Part shown: positions 56,502-64,000 of the stretch, in pieces
How the letters are laid out: every line of letters begins with the position of its first letter
Numbering within the stretch: position 1 is the first letter of the stretch
From: an uncultured virus (IMG/VR IMGVR_UViG_3300036761_000818)
Taxonomy: Duplodnaviria > Heunggongvirae > Uroviricota > Caudoviricetes
Reading direction: 5' to 3' (one strand)
DNA: 64,000 nt
Virus record (IMG/VR): IMGVR_UViG_3300036761_000818
Translations under genes and position numbers: made by a program
The notes under the pieces: generated by a model
Databases searched by the model: none
Told to the model about the DNA's origin: nothing
The model's input: only the letters and a program-made list of their open reading frames with translations

Positions 56502-56960
56502 TTAGTAGTTGGGGTCGTTGTAGGTCTGCCGCAGCCCGAGGAGCACGCGCGGCCCGTTGACGATCTTCCACTCGCCCGCGCGCGTCATGGTGGCCTTCTG
56601 CTCCGGCGCCGACTCGTCGCGCTCGTAGGTGTAGCTCTGCGCCTCGCTCTGCCCGTTCTTGTCCGTGCGGGTCGAGCGGTCCTCCCGCAGCCAGATGGTC
56701 TTCCCCGAGGGGGAAACGCGGACGACCGTCGCCGCGTCGCGGTCGGAGTAGTGACACAGTGTTGCGCCCATCCCGACGATGGCCGCGGGCTGCTTCGACG
56801 ACTCCATCATGCGGTTGGTCAGGCTTCCGTAGAGCTTCATGACGGCACCCCCATTTTGACACTTGGAGCACATCCCTCCGGGGAAGCGCGCCCCCGCAAA
56901 GAGGGGGATCGCTCCGCAGCGGGAGCACTTGTCGTCGGTCTGTTCCTTACGAGGCGGCAT
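56502..56960 (-). CDS. Phage hypothetical protein (possible second start at 56840)
   Basis: VGMGATLCHYSDRDAATVVRV...YNDPNY. Confidence 0.7.
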   Translation of the reverse strand: MPPRKEQTDDKCSRCGAIPLFAGARFPGGMCSKCQNGGAVMKLYGSLTNRMMESSKQPAAIVGMGATLCHYSDRDAATVVRVSPSGKTIWLREDRSTRTDKNGQSEAQSYTYERDESAPEQKATMTRAGEWKIVNGPRVLLGLRQTYNDPNY

Positions 56961-57321
56961 CTTTGTCTCCTCCCACGATCCGCAGGTGCGATAGGAAGAA
57001 CTCCTTGACCTCGCCGTCGTGCGCCGTGACGGCGACCTTCACCGTGCCGTCGTCGGTCCAGGCGGCGATGATCCGCCCCGGCTTCATGTCTCCGTTCTCG
57101 TAGAGCCCGGCCTTGAGGATGTAGAGCTTCCCTCCGTCCGAAGCGATGACGAACGCGGCGGGAACGCGCACGTATCCCTGCGATTCGCCCTCGGCAACGA
57201 ACGAGGGCGAAAGCTCCGCGACGCCGAACCATCCCGCGGTCATGAACGACCGCGGGAGCACCTGCAACCCGAGCACCGCGTTGCTCAGACCGCCCTTTGC
57301 CCCGCCCTTTGCCTTGGCCAT
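56947..57321 (-). CDS. Hypothetical protein, 124 aa
   Basis: Start MAKAKG after GGGAGGG. Confidence 0.6.
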   Translation of the reverse strand: MAKAKGGAKGGLSNAVLGLQVLPRSFMTAGWFGVAELSPSFVAEGESQGYVRVPAAFVIASDGGKLYILKAGLYENGDMKPGRIIAAWTDDGTVKVAVTAHDGEVKEFFLSHLRIVGGDKDAAS

Positions 57322-57322
57322 C

Positions 57323-57538
57323 TCAGTTCCCTCCCACGTTGACGACGACGTTGCGGCTCGCGGCCCGCGCGAGGCGGCGGCGCGTCCGCGCGCCCCATCC
57401 GCCCGTCCTGGCGCGCCCGTCCTCGAAACCCTCCAGGGCGAGAGCGACCGCCACCGGCGCGTTGCGAGCGCGCGACCACGCCGCCCATGCGGCGGGGTTC
57501 TTGCGGCCAAGCGAATCAACCGCGGTCAGAGCGTCCAT
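57323..57538 (-). CDS. Hypothetical protein, 71 aa
   Basis: Preceded by the recurrent hairpin and AAGGA. Confidence 0.5.
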   Translation of the reverse strand: MDALTAVDSLGRKNPAAWAAWSRARNAPVAVALALEGFEDGRARTGGWGARTRRRLARAASRNVVVNVGGN

Positions 57539-57594
57539 CTTGGAGTCCTTTTCTCGGCCTCTCGGCCGTAGCGGGTTGAACCGGGACCGGACCG

Positions 57595-57846
57595 TTAGAG
57601 GATATGCTGCGTGCCGAAGAACGAGCCATCCGCCGAGAAGAGCGCTCGGAGGTTGCGCGTCGCGAACGTCGCGATGAAGCGGGTGCGGAGCGGCTCCGCG
57701 TCGCGACGCAGCCGCGACGTGATGAGCGTGCTGTCGATCGACCGGCCGTCTTCGAGTACGAGGACGATCGGAGCGAGGAACCGATCGCCGCGCTTCACGA
57801 CCGGACCGGAGGGAACGACGTTGACGACCTTGACTTCGCTCGACAT
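57595..57846 (-). CDS. Hypothetical protein, 83 aa
   Basis: Preceded by the recurrent hairpin and GGGAGA. Confidence 0.6.
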   Translation of the reverse strand: MSSEVKVVNVVPSGPVVKRGDRFLAPIVLVLEDGRSIDSTLITSRLRRDAEPLRTRFIATFATRNLRALFSADGSFFGTQHIL

Positions 57847-57882
57847 CTTCTCTCTCCCGGCCTCTCGGCCGTTCGGATTCTT

Positions 57883-57912
57883 GACGCGCCCCGCACCGGC
57901 GCGGGGCGCGTC
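57883..57912. other. Perfect 12-bp intergenic stem-loop
   Basis: GACGCGCCCCGC-accggc-GCGGGGCGCGTC. Confidence 0.7.
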
Positions 57913-57920
57913 GTCAGAGG

Positions 57921-58226
57921 TCAGAACGTGCAGCACCCGCAGCACGGCGCATCCTCGCACCTGCCGCGCGCGTTCTGCGTGAACGTCCCGCCGCTCGTGC
58001 GGACCTCGATCGGGCCGTTCGTGCGGCGGTAGCCGCCGCGCTTCTTCTCCTCGATCGCGGCGAGGTGGAGCGTGCCGCCGTCGTCGCTCCAGATGACGCG
58101 CGCGACGACGACCGTCGTCGCGGAGCCGTCCTTCTTGACGACGTTGACGCTCGACCCGTCAGCGGGGCGAGTGCCCTCGACGCGGATGCCCCACGCGCCC
58201 GAGCGGAGCTTCGTGAATGACGCCAT
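57921..58226 (-). CDS. First gene of early arm, ends RCEDAPCCGCC, 101 aa
   Basis: MASFTKLRSGAWGIRV; GAGGA RBS. Confidence 0.7.
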   Translation of the reverse strand: MASFTKLRSGAWGIRVEGTRPADGSSVNVVKKDGSATTVVVARVIWSDDGGTLHLAAIEEKKRGGYRRTNGPIEVRTSGGTFTQNARGRCEDAPCCGCCTF

Positions 58227-58242
58227 CGTGCTTCCTCTTTCC

Positions 58243-59030
58243 CGGCCTCTCGGCCGTGTTGAATCTTGCGAAGCGAACACGCTTCGTGCTCCTCTTGCGA
58301 GGGGCGCGAAGCGTAGCCGCTTCAGCTACGTGCAGAGCCGTGCAGCGTGCCGCGGCGAAGTGCGGCCTTGCGGCCGTCAGTTCGTTGCGCGGACCGCTGC
58401 TCGGCCCCGCCTGTCGCTTCACCCCCACCGTTCTTCGGCCTTCCGTACGTTTTCGCGCTCGCTTCTCCGTTCCGCCGCTCCTGCAACATCCAGGGGTAGC
58501 TCGGCGCTCCGACTCATACCCGTTCGGTTTTCTCTTCCGAACGGACCCCATCGGGCGTTTTCTCTCCGCTACCGGCGAGCGTTCCCTCGTGCGGTTCTGT
58601 TTCTGCGCAGGGGTTCGTCGCTCCAGTTCCCCGTACTGCCTTCGCAGCTTCGCCGGGGCGATCTAAGCTCGCCTACCCACGCACCGTCATCGTGCGGCCC
58701 GCGCACGCGCGGGGTTCGGTAGGGTCGTCGCCGATCCTATGTGGCCGCGCTACGTTCTTCCAGGCTCGCGCGTCCTTCAGCCGTTGCCGCTCTCGCTACT
58801 CGCTTGCGTGCCCGTGTTGGCGCAGGGAAGCGGATCGCTTTCGGCCAGATTGTAAAAGATCGGTCGCCGCCGTTGTTGCGGTCGCTTGCGGGGTACGTTT
58901 CGGGGGGTCGCAGGGGTTGGCCGGAGCCGCTTCACCCGTTGTCCGCTCCCGAGCGCCATGCCCGTTCGCGTTCCGCAGCACCATGCTGCGCGTCGTTCGT
59001 TCCGCCTCTTGCTGCGCGTCACTCACAACG
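58243..59030 (-). ncRNA. Candidate ~800-nt structured non-coding RNA or 5' leader
   Basis: No credible ORF; many short hairpins, several with GNRA loops on the minus strand; follows a strong promoter. Confidence 0.45.
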
Positions 59031-59036
59031 AACGTA

Positions 59037-59090
59037 ATCATAATCGAAGAAGATAGAATTGCAATAAGAAAAATGCGAAAATTATTATTC
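59037..59090 (-). promoter_or_regulatory. Strong sigma70-like early promoter with AT-rich UP element
   Basis: TTGCAA (59064-59059)-N16-TATGAT (59042-59037), upstream TAATAATTTTCGCATTTTTCTTA. Confidence 0.65.
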
Positions 59091-59198
59091 CTTATGCTGT
59101 CACGACTTACGACGTTGATCCGACAGTCTGCATCCGCACGCATCATCTACTTCTCTCCGCGCATACCTTCTCGATCAGCCAGCACGTAGTCGATGCGG

Positions 59199-59261
59199 CC
59201 ATCCGAACGCCGGTCGGATGGGAAAGGGGCCTCATCCCGCGCTCGCGAGATGAAGCCCCTT
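59199..59261. other. Two adjacent stem-loops downstream of the 59295-60067 unit
   Basis: CCATCCGA/TCGGATGG and AAGGGGC..TCATC/GATGA..GCCCCTT. Confidence 0.5.
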
Positions 59262-59294
59262 GAGAGATGAGGCCACTTGAGAGGGGAGAGGACT

Positions 59295-59579
59295 CTACCG
59301 GAGGGGCGAGAAGGCGAGCCTTGCGAGGATGAAGAGGATCATCGAGAGGAGCACGGAGCCGAGAGCGATGAGGACTCGCGTCTCCGTCACGTAGAGCGCA
59401 GGACGGCGCTCGCTACTCGGGCGCAGAGGCGTCGGCTGGCGTCGCGTCGGCTGCGGGAGCGGCACGTAGAAGCCATACGCCTTCGGCTTGTACGAGCACC
59501 GCTTCCCGATGCTCCCCCTCGTGCGCGGGTGCTGCGAGCGACGCCTCGGCGGCGAAGGCTCGGCGCTTGAAGGCGTCAC
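59295..59579 (-). CDS. Small protein with C-terminal TM, 94 aa
   Basis: GTGA overlap; VLIALGSVLLSMILFILARLAF. Confidence 0.45.
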   Translation of the reverse strand: MTPSSAEPSPPRRRSQHPRTRGSIGKRCSYKPKAYGFYVPLPQPTRRQPTPLRPSSERRPALYVTETRVLIALGSVLLSMILFILARLAFSPLR

Positions 59580-60067
59580 GATCGGCCCCCTCCCCTGTCG
59601 TACGTCATGAAGAGCCTCGCCGTGGCCTCGACCGACGTGTTCAGGTGCGCGCGGAGCGTCGATGGGTCCATACCGCCTTGGACCGCGTTCCGAGCGAACG
59701 TGCGGCGCAGTACGTCGGGCGTGACCTTCGTCTTGATCCCGGCTCGTCCAGCGATCATCTGGAGCCTGTACTCGGCGGCTCGGTTGCGGAGCGGCATCCG
59801 CGACTCGCCGTTCCCGAAGCGCGCGGCGAGGAGTCGCTTCGTCCTCGCCGTGAGCGCGAGCGTTCGCGCTCCTACCTTGAGGAAGGCGTCTTGCAAGTTC
59901 TTCGGCCTGATCTCCGACCACTCGGGCAGTCGGAGGCCGGTGTCCAGAAGCACGAGCACGAGGAGGCGATCGGTGTCATCGTCGCACGCGGCGATGATCG
60001 ACGCCTGATCCTTCTCGGGAAGCGGTTGCTTCTTGGCGACGTAGGTCATCGTTTCCCCTTGCTGCAT
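59576..60067 (-). CDS. Tyrosine-recombinase catalytic-domain homologue with degenerate active site, 163 aa
   Basis: LLDTGLRLPE retained; HxxR reads DVLR; no LGH; no Tyr at the usual position. Confidence 0.75.
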   Translation of the reverse strand: MQQGETMTYVAKKQPLPEKDQASIIAACDDDTDRLLVLVLLDTGLRLPEWSEIRPKNLQDAFLKVGARTLALTARTKRLLAARFGNGESRMPLRNRAAEYRLQMIAGRAGIKTKVTPDVLRRTFARNAVQGGMDPSTLRAHLNTSVEATARLFMTYDRGGGRS

Positions 60068-60304
60068 GGATTCTCCTCGTTTATCGCATAGGATACAAGA
60101 CCTGTCTGGCAACGCAAGAAGGACTGCGTACAGGTCAGCTTACCACGAAAACGGCAAGCGCGGTCGCTATATTTGCTGGCGGTCGTGGACTCGCTCGCTG
60201 GAAACCAGCGCTGCGATTAGGCGCCATGAAAAGCGTGCGATTTTTTTCTTCCAGGTGTCTGACCCATGCGGTATGATCCAGCGCGACGCAGGACAGGAGG
60301 GGGC

Positions 60305-60529
60305 ATGAGTCACGACTACGATTCTCCGCAGCCGTTGACCGACGAAGAGATCGTCGATCGCCTCAAGGCTCTCGACGGCGAGGGCGTGCTTACGAAGTGG
60401 GAGCATGGGCTCATCGAGAGCGTCTCGACGAGGAGCCGCTGGCCGCTCTCGGAGAAGCAGCGCGGGGCGGTGATCGAGATCATCGAGCGGTTGGAGCCGC
60501 TCGTGAGGTCGCTCAACAAGGAGGACTGA
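60305..60529 (+). CDS. Phage small hypothetical protein, 74 aa
   Basis: LTKWEHGLIES...LSEKQ; GGAGG RBS; TTCCAG-N17-TATGAT upstream. Confidence 0.7.
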   Translation: MSHDYDSPQPLTDEEIVDRLKALDGEGVLTKWEHGLIESVSTRSRWPLSEKQRGAVIEIIERLEPLVRSLNKED

Positions 60530-60533
60530 AGGA

Positions 60534-61790
60534 ATGAACCTCTGCGACTACCTCAACGAGCGGCACGCGACGGACGGCGCCGACGCGATCAGCGCTGCGT
60601 TCCGCGAGGAGTTCGGCGTCAAGGTCCGTTGCGAGCCTGGAGTCGGCGGCGGCGGGCTCTTCCAGTTCAAGTACGAGCAGCTTGAGGCGAAGTGGTCGCG
60701 CCCCCTCACGCACGAGTGCCGCGGTGCGATCCTGCGGCGGAACCCGGCGACGGGGATGTTCTCGTTCGTCGCGCGTCCGTTCAACAAGTTCTTCGCGCTC
60801 CACGAGGGATATTGCGCGCTGTTCGAGAAGGGAGAGCTTGAGCGCGCCCTCCCTCGGCTCGCCGCACGAGAGAAGGTGGATGGAACGTGCATCCAGGTGT
60901 GGTGGGACGAGGCGCGCGGCGGAGGCGCGTGGCGCACGTCCACGCTCGCGACGATCGAGCCGATGGGCGTCATGGACCTCCCCGACCTCCTCTTCTCGGA
61001 GCTTTTCTGGCGCGTCGCCGGGCCGAACGTGACCGCCTACTTCGACAAGGGCTTCACGTACGTCTTCGAGATCGCGGCGCCGGAGAACCGCGTAGTCACG
61101 AAGTACGTGAAGCCTCGGGCGTGCCTCCTCGCGGCGCGCTCGCTCAAGACCGGAGTGTACCTCCAGCTTGAGGAGCTTGACGACATCGTGCAGCGGCTCC
61201 ACGAGAAGCAGGGTGGCACGGAGAACATCGACGTGCCGTTCGTCACGTACCTCTGCGAGATCGGGATCAAGACGCGCGACGACCTTCTCGCGTGGGTCGA
61301 GGATGAGCACGTCAACCCGAAGTACGGCGAGCAACCGGAGGGCTGCGTACTCTACGACGGCCCGAAGCCTCTCGTGAAGTGCAAGCGGGCGAGCTACATC
61401 TCGGCTCACTCGCTCATCACGAACGGGATGGCGCACGCGAGGAACGTCATCGCAGCGGCCATGTTTGAGGACCGGCTCGACGACATCCTGGCGATCCTCG
61501 ACGAGCGTGGGCTCGTGATCGTCGAGGAGATCAAGGCGAAGATCGACCACGAGACGCTCCTCGTGCAGACGGCGTGGGACGAGGTTGCGAAGACGAAGCC
61601 CGCGACGCGGAAGGACTTCGCCATGGCGGTAAAGAAGATCGCGCCGCGGAACGCTTCTGGCTTCTTCTTCCTCAACAACAAGGAGGGCGAGCCCGTCGTC
61701 GTCCACAACGTCGCGCCCGCGTTCCGCGACTGGCTCAAGGACAACTACAGGCGGCGCGAGGACTTGTGGAAGGAGGAAGCGGCGACGTGA
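60534..61790 (+). CDS. T4 Rnl1-like RNA ligase, 418 aa
   Basis: ECRGAIL, RPFNKFF, EKVDGT (motif I), FEI, EGCVL, VKCK. Confidence 0.88.
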   Translation: MNLCDYLNERHATDGADAISAAFREEFGVKVRCEPGVGGGGLFQFKYEQLEAKWSRPLTHECRGAILRRNPATGMFSFVARPFNKFFALHEGYCALFEKGELERALPRLAAREKVDGTCIQVWWDEARGGGAWRTSTLATIEPMGVMDLPDLLFSELFWRVAGPNVTAYFDKGFTYVFEIAAPENRVVTKYVKPRACLLAARSLKTGVYLQLEELDDIVQRLHEKQGGTENIDVPFVTYLCEIGIKTRDDLLAWVEDEHVNPKYGEQPEGCVLYDGPKPLVKCKRASYISAHSLITNGMAHARNVIAAAMFEDRLDDILAILDERGLVIVEEIKAKIDHETLLVQTAWDEVAKTKPATRKDFAMAVKKIAPRNASGFFFLNNKEGEPVVVHNVAPAFRDWLKDNYRRREDLWKEEAAT

Positions 61791-63196
61791 TGCGCGATTT
61801 CGACATGGACGGCAACGCGATGCCCGGTTTTGACATGGAGCACGAGGAGGAGGAGGAGGAGGAGGAGGAGGAGGAGGAGGAGGAGGAGGAGGAGGAGGAG
61901 CCCGAGCCGCCGCCGGTCGCGCTTTCGTCCGAGCAGCGCGCCGCCATCGCAGCGCTCGATTGTGGCGAGAACGTGTTCCTGACCGGCGTCGCCGGGACCG
62001 GGAAGACGTTCGTCCTGAACTACTGGCTCAACGGGCTTCCTCCCGAGGTACGCCGTCGCGTCGCCGTGACGGCCTCGACCGGCATCGCCGCGCTCCACAT
62101 CGGAGGGCAGACGATCCACTCGTGGACGGGGTACGGGATCGGCGCGCAGAAGGTCGGAGAGCTTGTCACCGAGCCTCGTTGGAACGACTACGCGGCGCCG
62201 AGGATTCAGGAGGCCGAAAAGCTCGTGATCGACGAGATTTCGATGATCTCGGCGCGAACGCTCAACGCCTTCGACCTCCTCTGCCGTCACGCTCGGCTCT
62301 GCGACGATTCGTTCGGAGGATTGCAGGTCATCGTCATCGGCGACCTCGGCCAGCTTCCTCCCGTGAGCAGGGGCGATGGGCCTCCAGAAGCGTTCGCGTT
62401 CCGCGCTGCGGCGTGGCGGGAGGGGCGCTTCAAGGTCTTCGAGCTTCGTGAGGTCCGTCGGCAGAGCGATCGGGCGTTCGTCGATGCGCTCATGGAGGCG
62501 CGCGAGGGAAAGCTCGGTGACGCGAGCTTCAAGCTCTTCAACGGGCGCGTGAAGGCGTACGACCCAGACGCGGCGCCCGCTGCCGTCCGCGTCATGACGC
62601 ACAACGCGCAGGTGGACAGCATCAATCAGGCGAAGCTCGTCGCGCTCCCTGGCAAGCCTCGCGAGTTCGAGGCTCGCGAGTTCGGGAATCCTAAGCTACT
62701 CGCCAAGATCGACAAGGATTGCCTCTCGCCGCGCATCCTCTCGCTCAAGCCCGGCGCTCGCGTCATGTTCACTCGGAACGATCCGGCCGGGCGGTTCTGC
62801 AACGGGACGCTCGGGACGGTCAATGGCTACAGAGATGAGGACGATCTCGGGTTTGCGAAGGAGACGATTACCGTCACGACGGATGCTGGCGTCGCGATCA
62901 GCACCGAGCGCTGCGCGTGGGAGATCAAGCAGGGCGACAGCGTGATCGCGTCGAGGCGTCAGTATCCGCTCCGGCTCGCGTGGGGGATCACCGTCCACAA
63001 GAGCCAAGGGATGTCGATCGAGCGTGTGAGCATCAACCTGGAGCGGGTCTTCGAGGACGGGCAGGGCTACGTCGCCGTGTCGAGGGCGCGTACGCTCGAA
63101 GGACTCAACATCGAAGCGTGGCGTGGGCGCCAGACGTTCACGGCGCACCCAGAGATCAAGGTCTTCAAGGAGCGGTTCCAGAAGGAGAGCGCGTGA
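61790..63196 (+). CDS. Pif1/RecD-like SF1B helicase with N-terminal poly-Glu
   Basis: GVAGTGKT, IDEISM, GDLGQLPPV, TVHKSQG, YVAVSR. Confidence 0.93.
   Translation: MRDFDMDGNAMPGFDMEHEEEEEEEEEEEEEEEEEEEPEPPPVALSSEQRAAIAALDCGENVFLTGVAGTGKTFVLNYWLNGLPPEVRRRVAVTASTGIAALHIGGQTIHSWTGYGIGAQKVGELVTEPRWNDYAAPRIQEAEKLVIDEISMISARTLNAFDLLCRHARLCDDSFGGLQVIVIGDLGQLPPVSRGDGPPEAFAFRAAAWREGRFKVFELREVRRQSDRAFVDALMEAREGKLGDASFKLFNGRVKAYDPDAAPAAVRVMTHNAQVDSINQAKLVALPGKPREFEAREFGNPKLLAKIDKDCLSPRILSLKPGARVMFTRNDPAGRFCNGTLGTVNGYRDEDDLGFAKETITVTTDAGVAISTERCAWEIKQGDSVIASRRQYPLRLAWGITVHKSQGMSIERVSINLERVFEDGQGYVAVSRARTLEGLNIEAWRGRQTFTAHPEIKVFKERFQKESA
61844..61900 (+). repeat. Perfect (GAG)19 microsatellite
   Basis: 57 nt of uninterrupted GAG encoding 19 Glu. 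Confidence 0.95.
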
Positions 63197-63336
63197 AGGA
63201 GGCTCTATCGCAAGCGAAGCTCAAGGCCGCGCGCAAGCGCATCGCCGAGCTTGAGCAGAAGGTCGCCGATCTCGAAGACCTCCTGGAGAAGTACCAGTTG
63301 GACCTCAACACCGAGAGGTCGAGGAACGATTCATGA
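63193..63336 (+). CDS. Small coiled-coil protein, 47 aa
   Basis: GTGA overlap; RIAELEQKVADLEDLL. Confidence 0.55.
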   Translation: MKEALSQAKLKAARKRIAELEQKVADLEDLLEKYQLDLNTERSRNDS

Positions 63337-63549
63337 GCGAGGCCGACCAGTTCAATCGCGCCGAGGGCTACCGCGAGACGCTGCGCGAGATCGAGATGGC
63401 GCTCGGGCTCTGGCAGCACGAGGGGAACGAGTTCGGGTTCGCCAACATCCCGAAGTGGATCAAGGCCAACTTCAAGGAGGACCAAAGACCTCCTGGAGAA
63501 GTACCAGTTGGACCTCAACACCGAGAGGTCGAGGAACGATTCATGAGCG
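63275..63549 (+). repeat. Perfect 65-bp direct repeat (63275-63339 and 63485-63549)
   Basis: AAGACCTCCTGGAGAAG...GATTCATGAGCG occurs twice, 210 bp apart. Confidence 0.92.
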
Positions 63550-63872
63550 CCGCCGAGCAAGCCCCGCATCGCTTCGACCCGTTGCTGGCCCATGGGCTCC
63601 TTCAGCTTTTCGGGCCGTTCCGGGCCGTCGCCATGATCGCGAACCATCTCGGTGAGGGATCGACCGGCGTCGTCCTCTGGTTCTACGACCCGCGGAACCG
63701 CGTCTTCTCGCCTCGCTTCAGCCCCCACGCGACGACGGCCGAGGGCATCGCCGCTGCGGTCATCCGGCTTCTCGACAAGCAGGACGTGACGGCAGAGCTA
63801 CGCGAGACTCTGAAGCTCGTCGAGACGTGGGTCCAGGAGGCGAAGGAGAGGAAGGAGGGGAAGAAGGCGTGA
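63333..63872 (+). CDS. Hypothetical protein, 179 aa, with an in-frame second start at 63543
   Basis: Both starts carry the same duplicated GAGGA RBS and ATG. Confidence 0.6.
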   Translation: MSEADQFNRAEGYRETLREIEMALGLWQHEGNEFGFANIPKWIKANFKEDQRPPGEVPVGPQHREVEERFMSAAEQAPHRFDPLLAHGLLQLFGPFRAVAMIANHLGEGSTGVVLWFYDPRNRVFSPRFSPHATTAEGIAAAVIRLLDKQDVTAELRETLKLVETWVQEAKERKEGKKA

Positions 63873-64000
63873 TCGTCGCGTACATCCGCGTCAGCACCGA
63901 GGAACAGGCGAAGAGCGGCCTCGGCCTCGACGATCAACAGAAGACCGTTGGCGAGACGGCCGCGAGGATCGGCATCGCCGTGCGCGCAACCGTGATCGAT
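63869..64000 (+). CDS. Serine recombinase (resolvase/integrase), 5' end only
   Basis: Read by hand: VIVAYIRVSTEEQAKSGLGLDDQ, the YxRVS catalytic motif. Confidence 0.85.
   Translation, partial: MIVAYIRVSTEEQAKSGLGLDDQQKTVGETAARIGIAVRATVID

Noticed and set aside
49780..57917. Hammerhead ribozymes at minus-strand CTGACGA sites (about 49805 and 57915)
   Set aside because: Stem II is not closed directly by GAAA and no matching stems I/III were found
58243..59030. tmRNA, RNase P RNA or group II intron
   Set aside because: No tRNA-like ends, no RNase P core motif and no domain V seen
59576..60067. Active prophage integrase marking an att end
   Set aside because: Catalytic residues are degenerate and viral genes continue on both sides
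63275..63549. Diversity-generating retroelement TR/VR pair
   Set aside because: The copies are identical with no adenine-specific differences, and there is no reverse transcriptase in the window

Overview
The whole 64 kb window is very GC-rich and looks like the interior of one large, probably uncultivated bacterial virus or provirus. No host housekeeping genes, tRNA/rRNA or CRISPR are seen, and the element runs off both ends. It has four arms. (1) From 1 to 24.8 kb on the minus strand is a late/morphogenesis arm with no recognisable HK97 capsid, portal, terminase or tail genes. It instead encodes four paralogous YadA-head-like beta-roll fibres, three adjacent beta-rich proteins that look like vertical jelly-roll capsid/vertex proteins (one internally duplicated), a K/R-rich membrane-tethered core protein, several membrane-anchored proteins sharing a G-(L/M/F)-G motif, and a transglutaminase-like Cys-His-Asp enzyme. 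My inference is a tailless, membrane-containing virion. (2) From 25.3 to 40.2 kb, mostly on the plus strand, is a replication/recombination arm: DUF669-like, Gam-like, ERF, Hjc-like resolvase, SF2 helicase, an unusual PrimPol-PriCT fusion with a Rep-like C-terminus and a probable antisense RNA in its leader, and an MT-A70 methylase. (3) From 40.3 to 59.1 kb on the minus strand is an early/accessory arm of over 30 mostly small genes. It starts at a strong sigma70-like promoter followed by about 800 nt of hairpin-rich, apparently non-coding sequence, and a recurrent tetraloop hairpin precedes several ribosome-binding sites. (4) From 59.3 to 64 kb are a degenerate tyrosine recombinase, an Rnl1-like RNA ligase, a Pif1-like helicase with a pure (GAG)19 tract and the start of a serine recombinase. 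All family assignments are by eye from motifs; no searches were run. Many long ORFs in the supplied track are antisense shadows caused by high GC.
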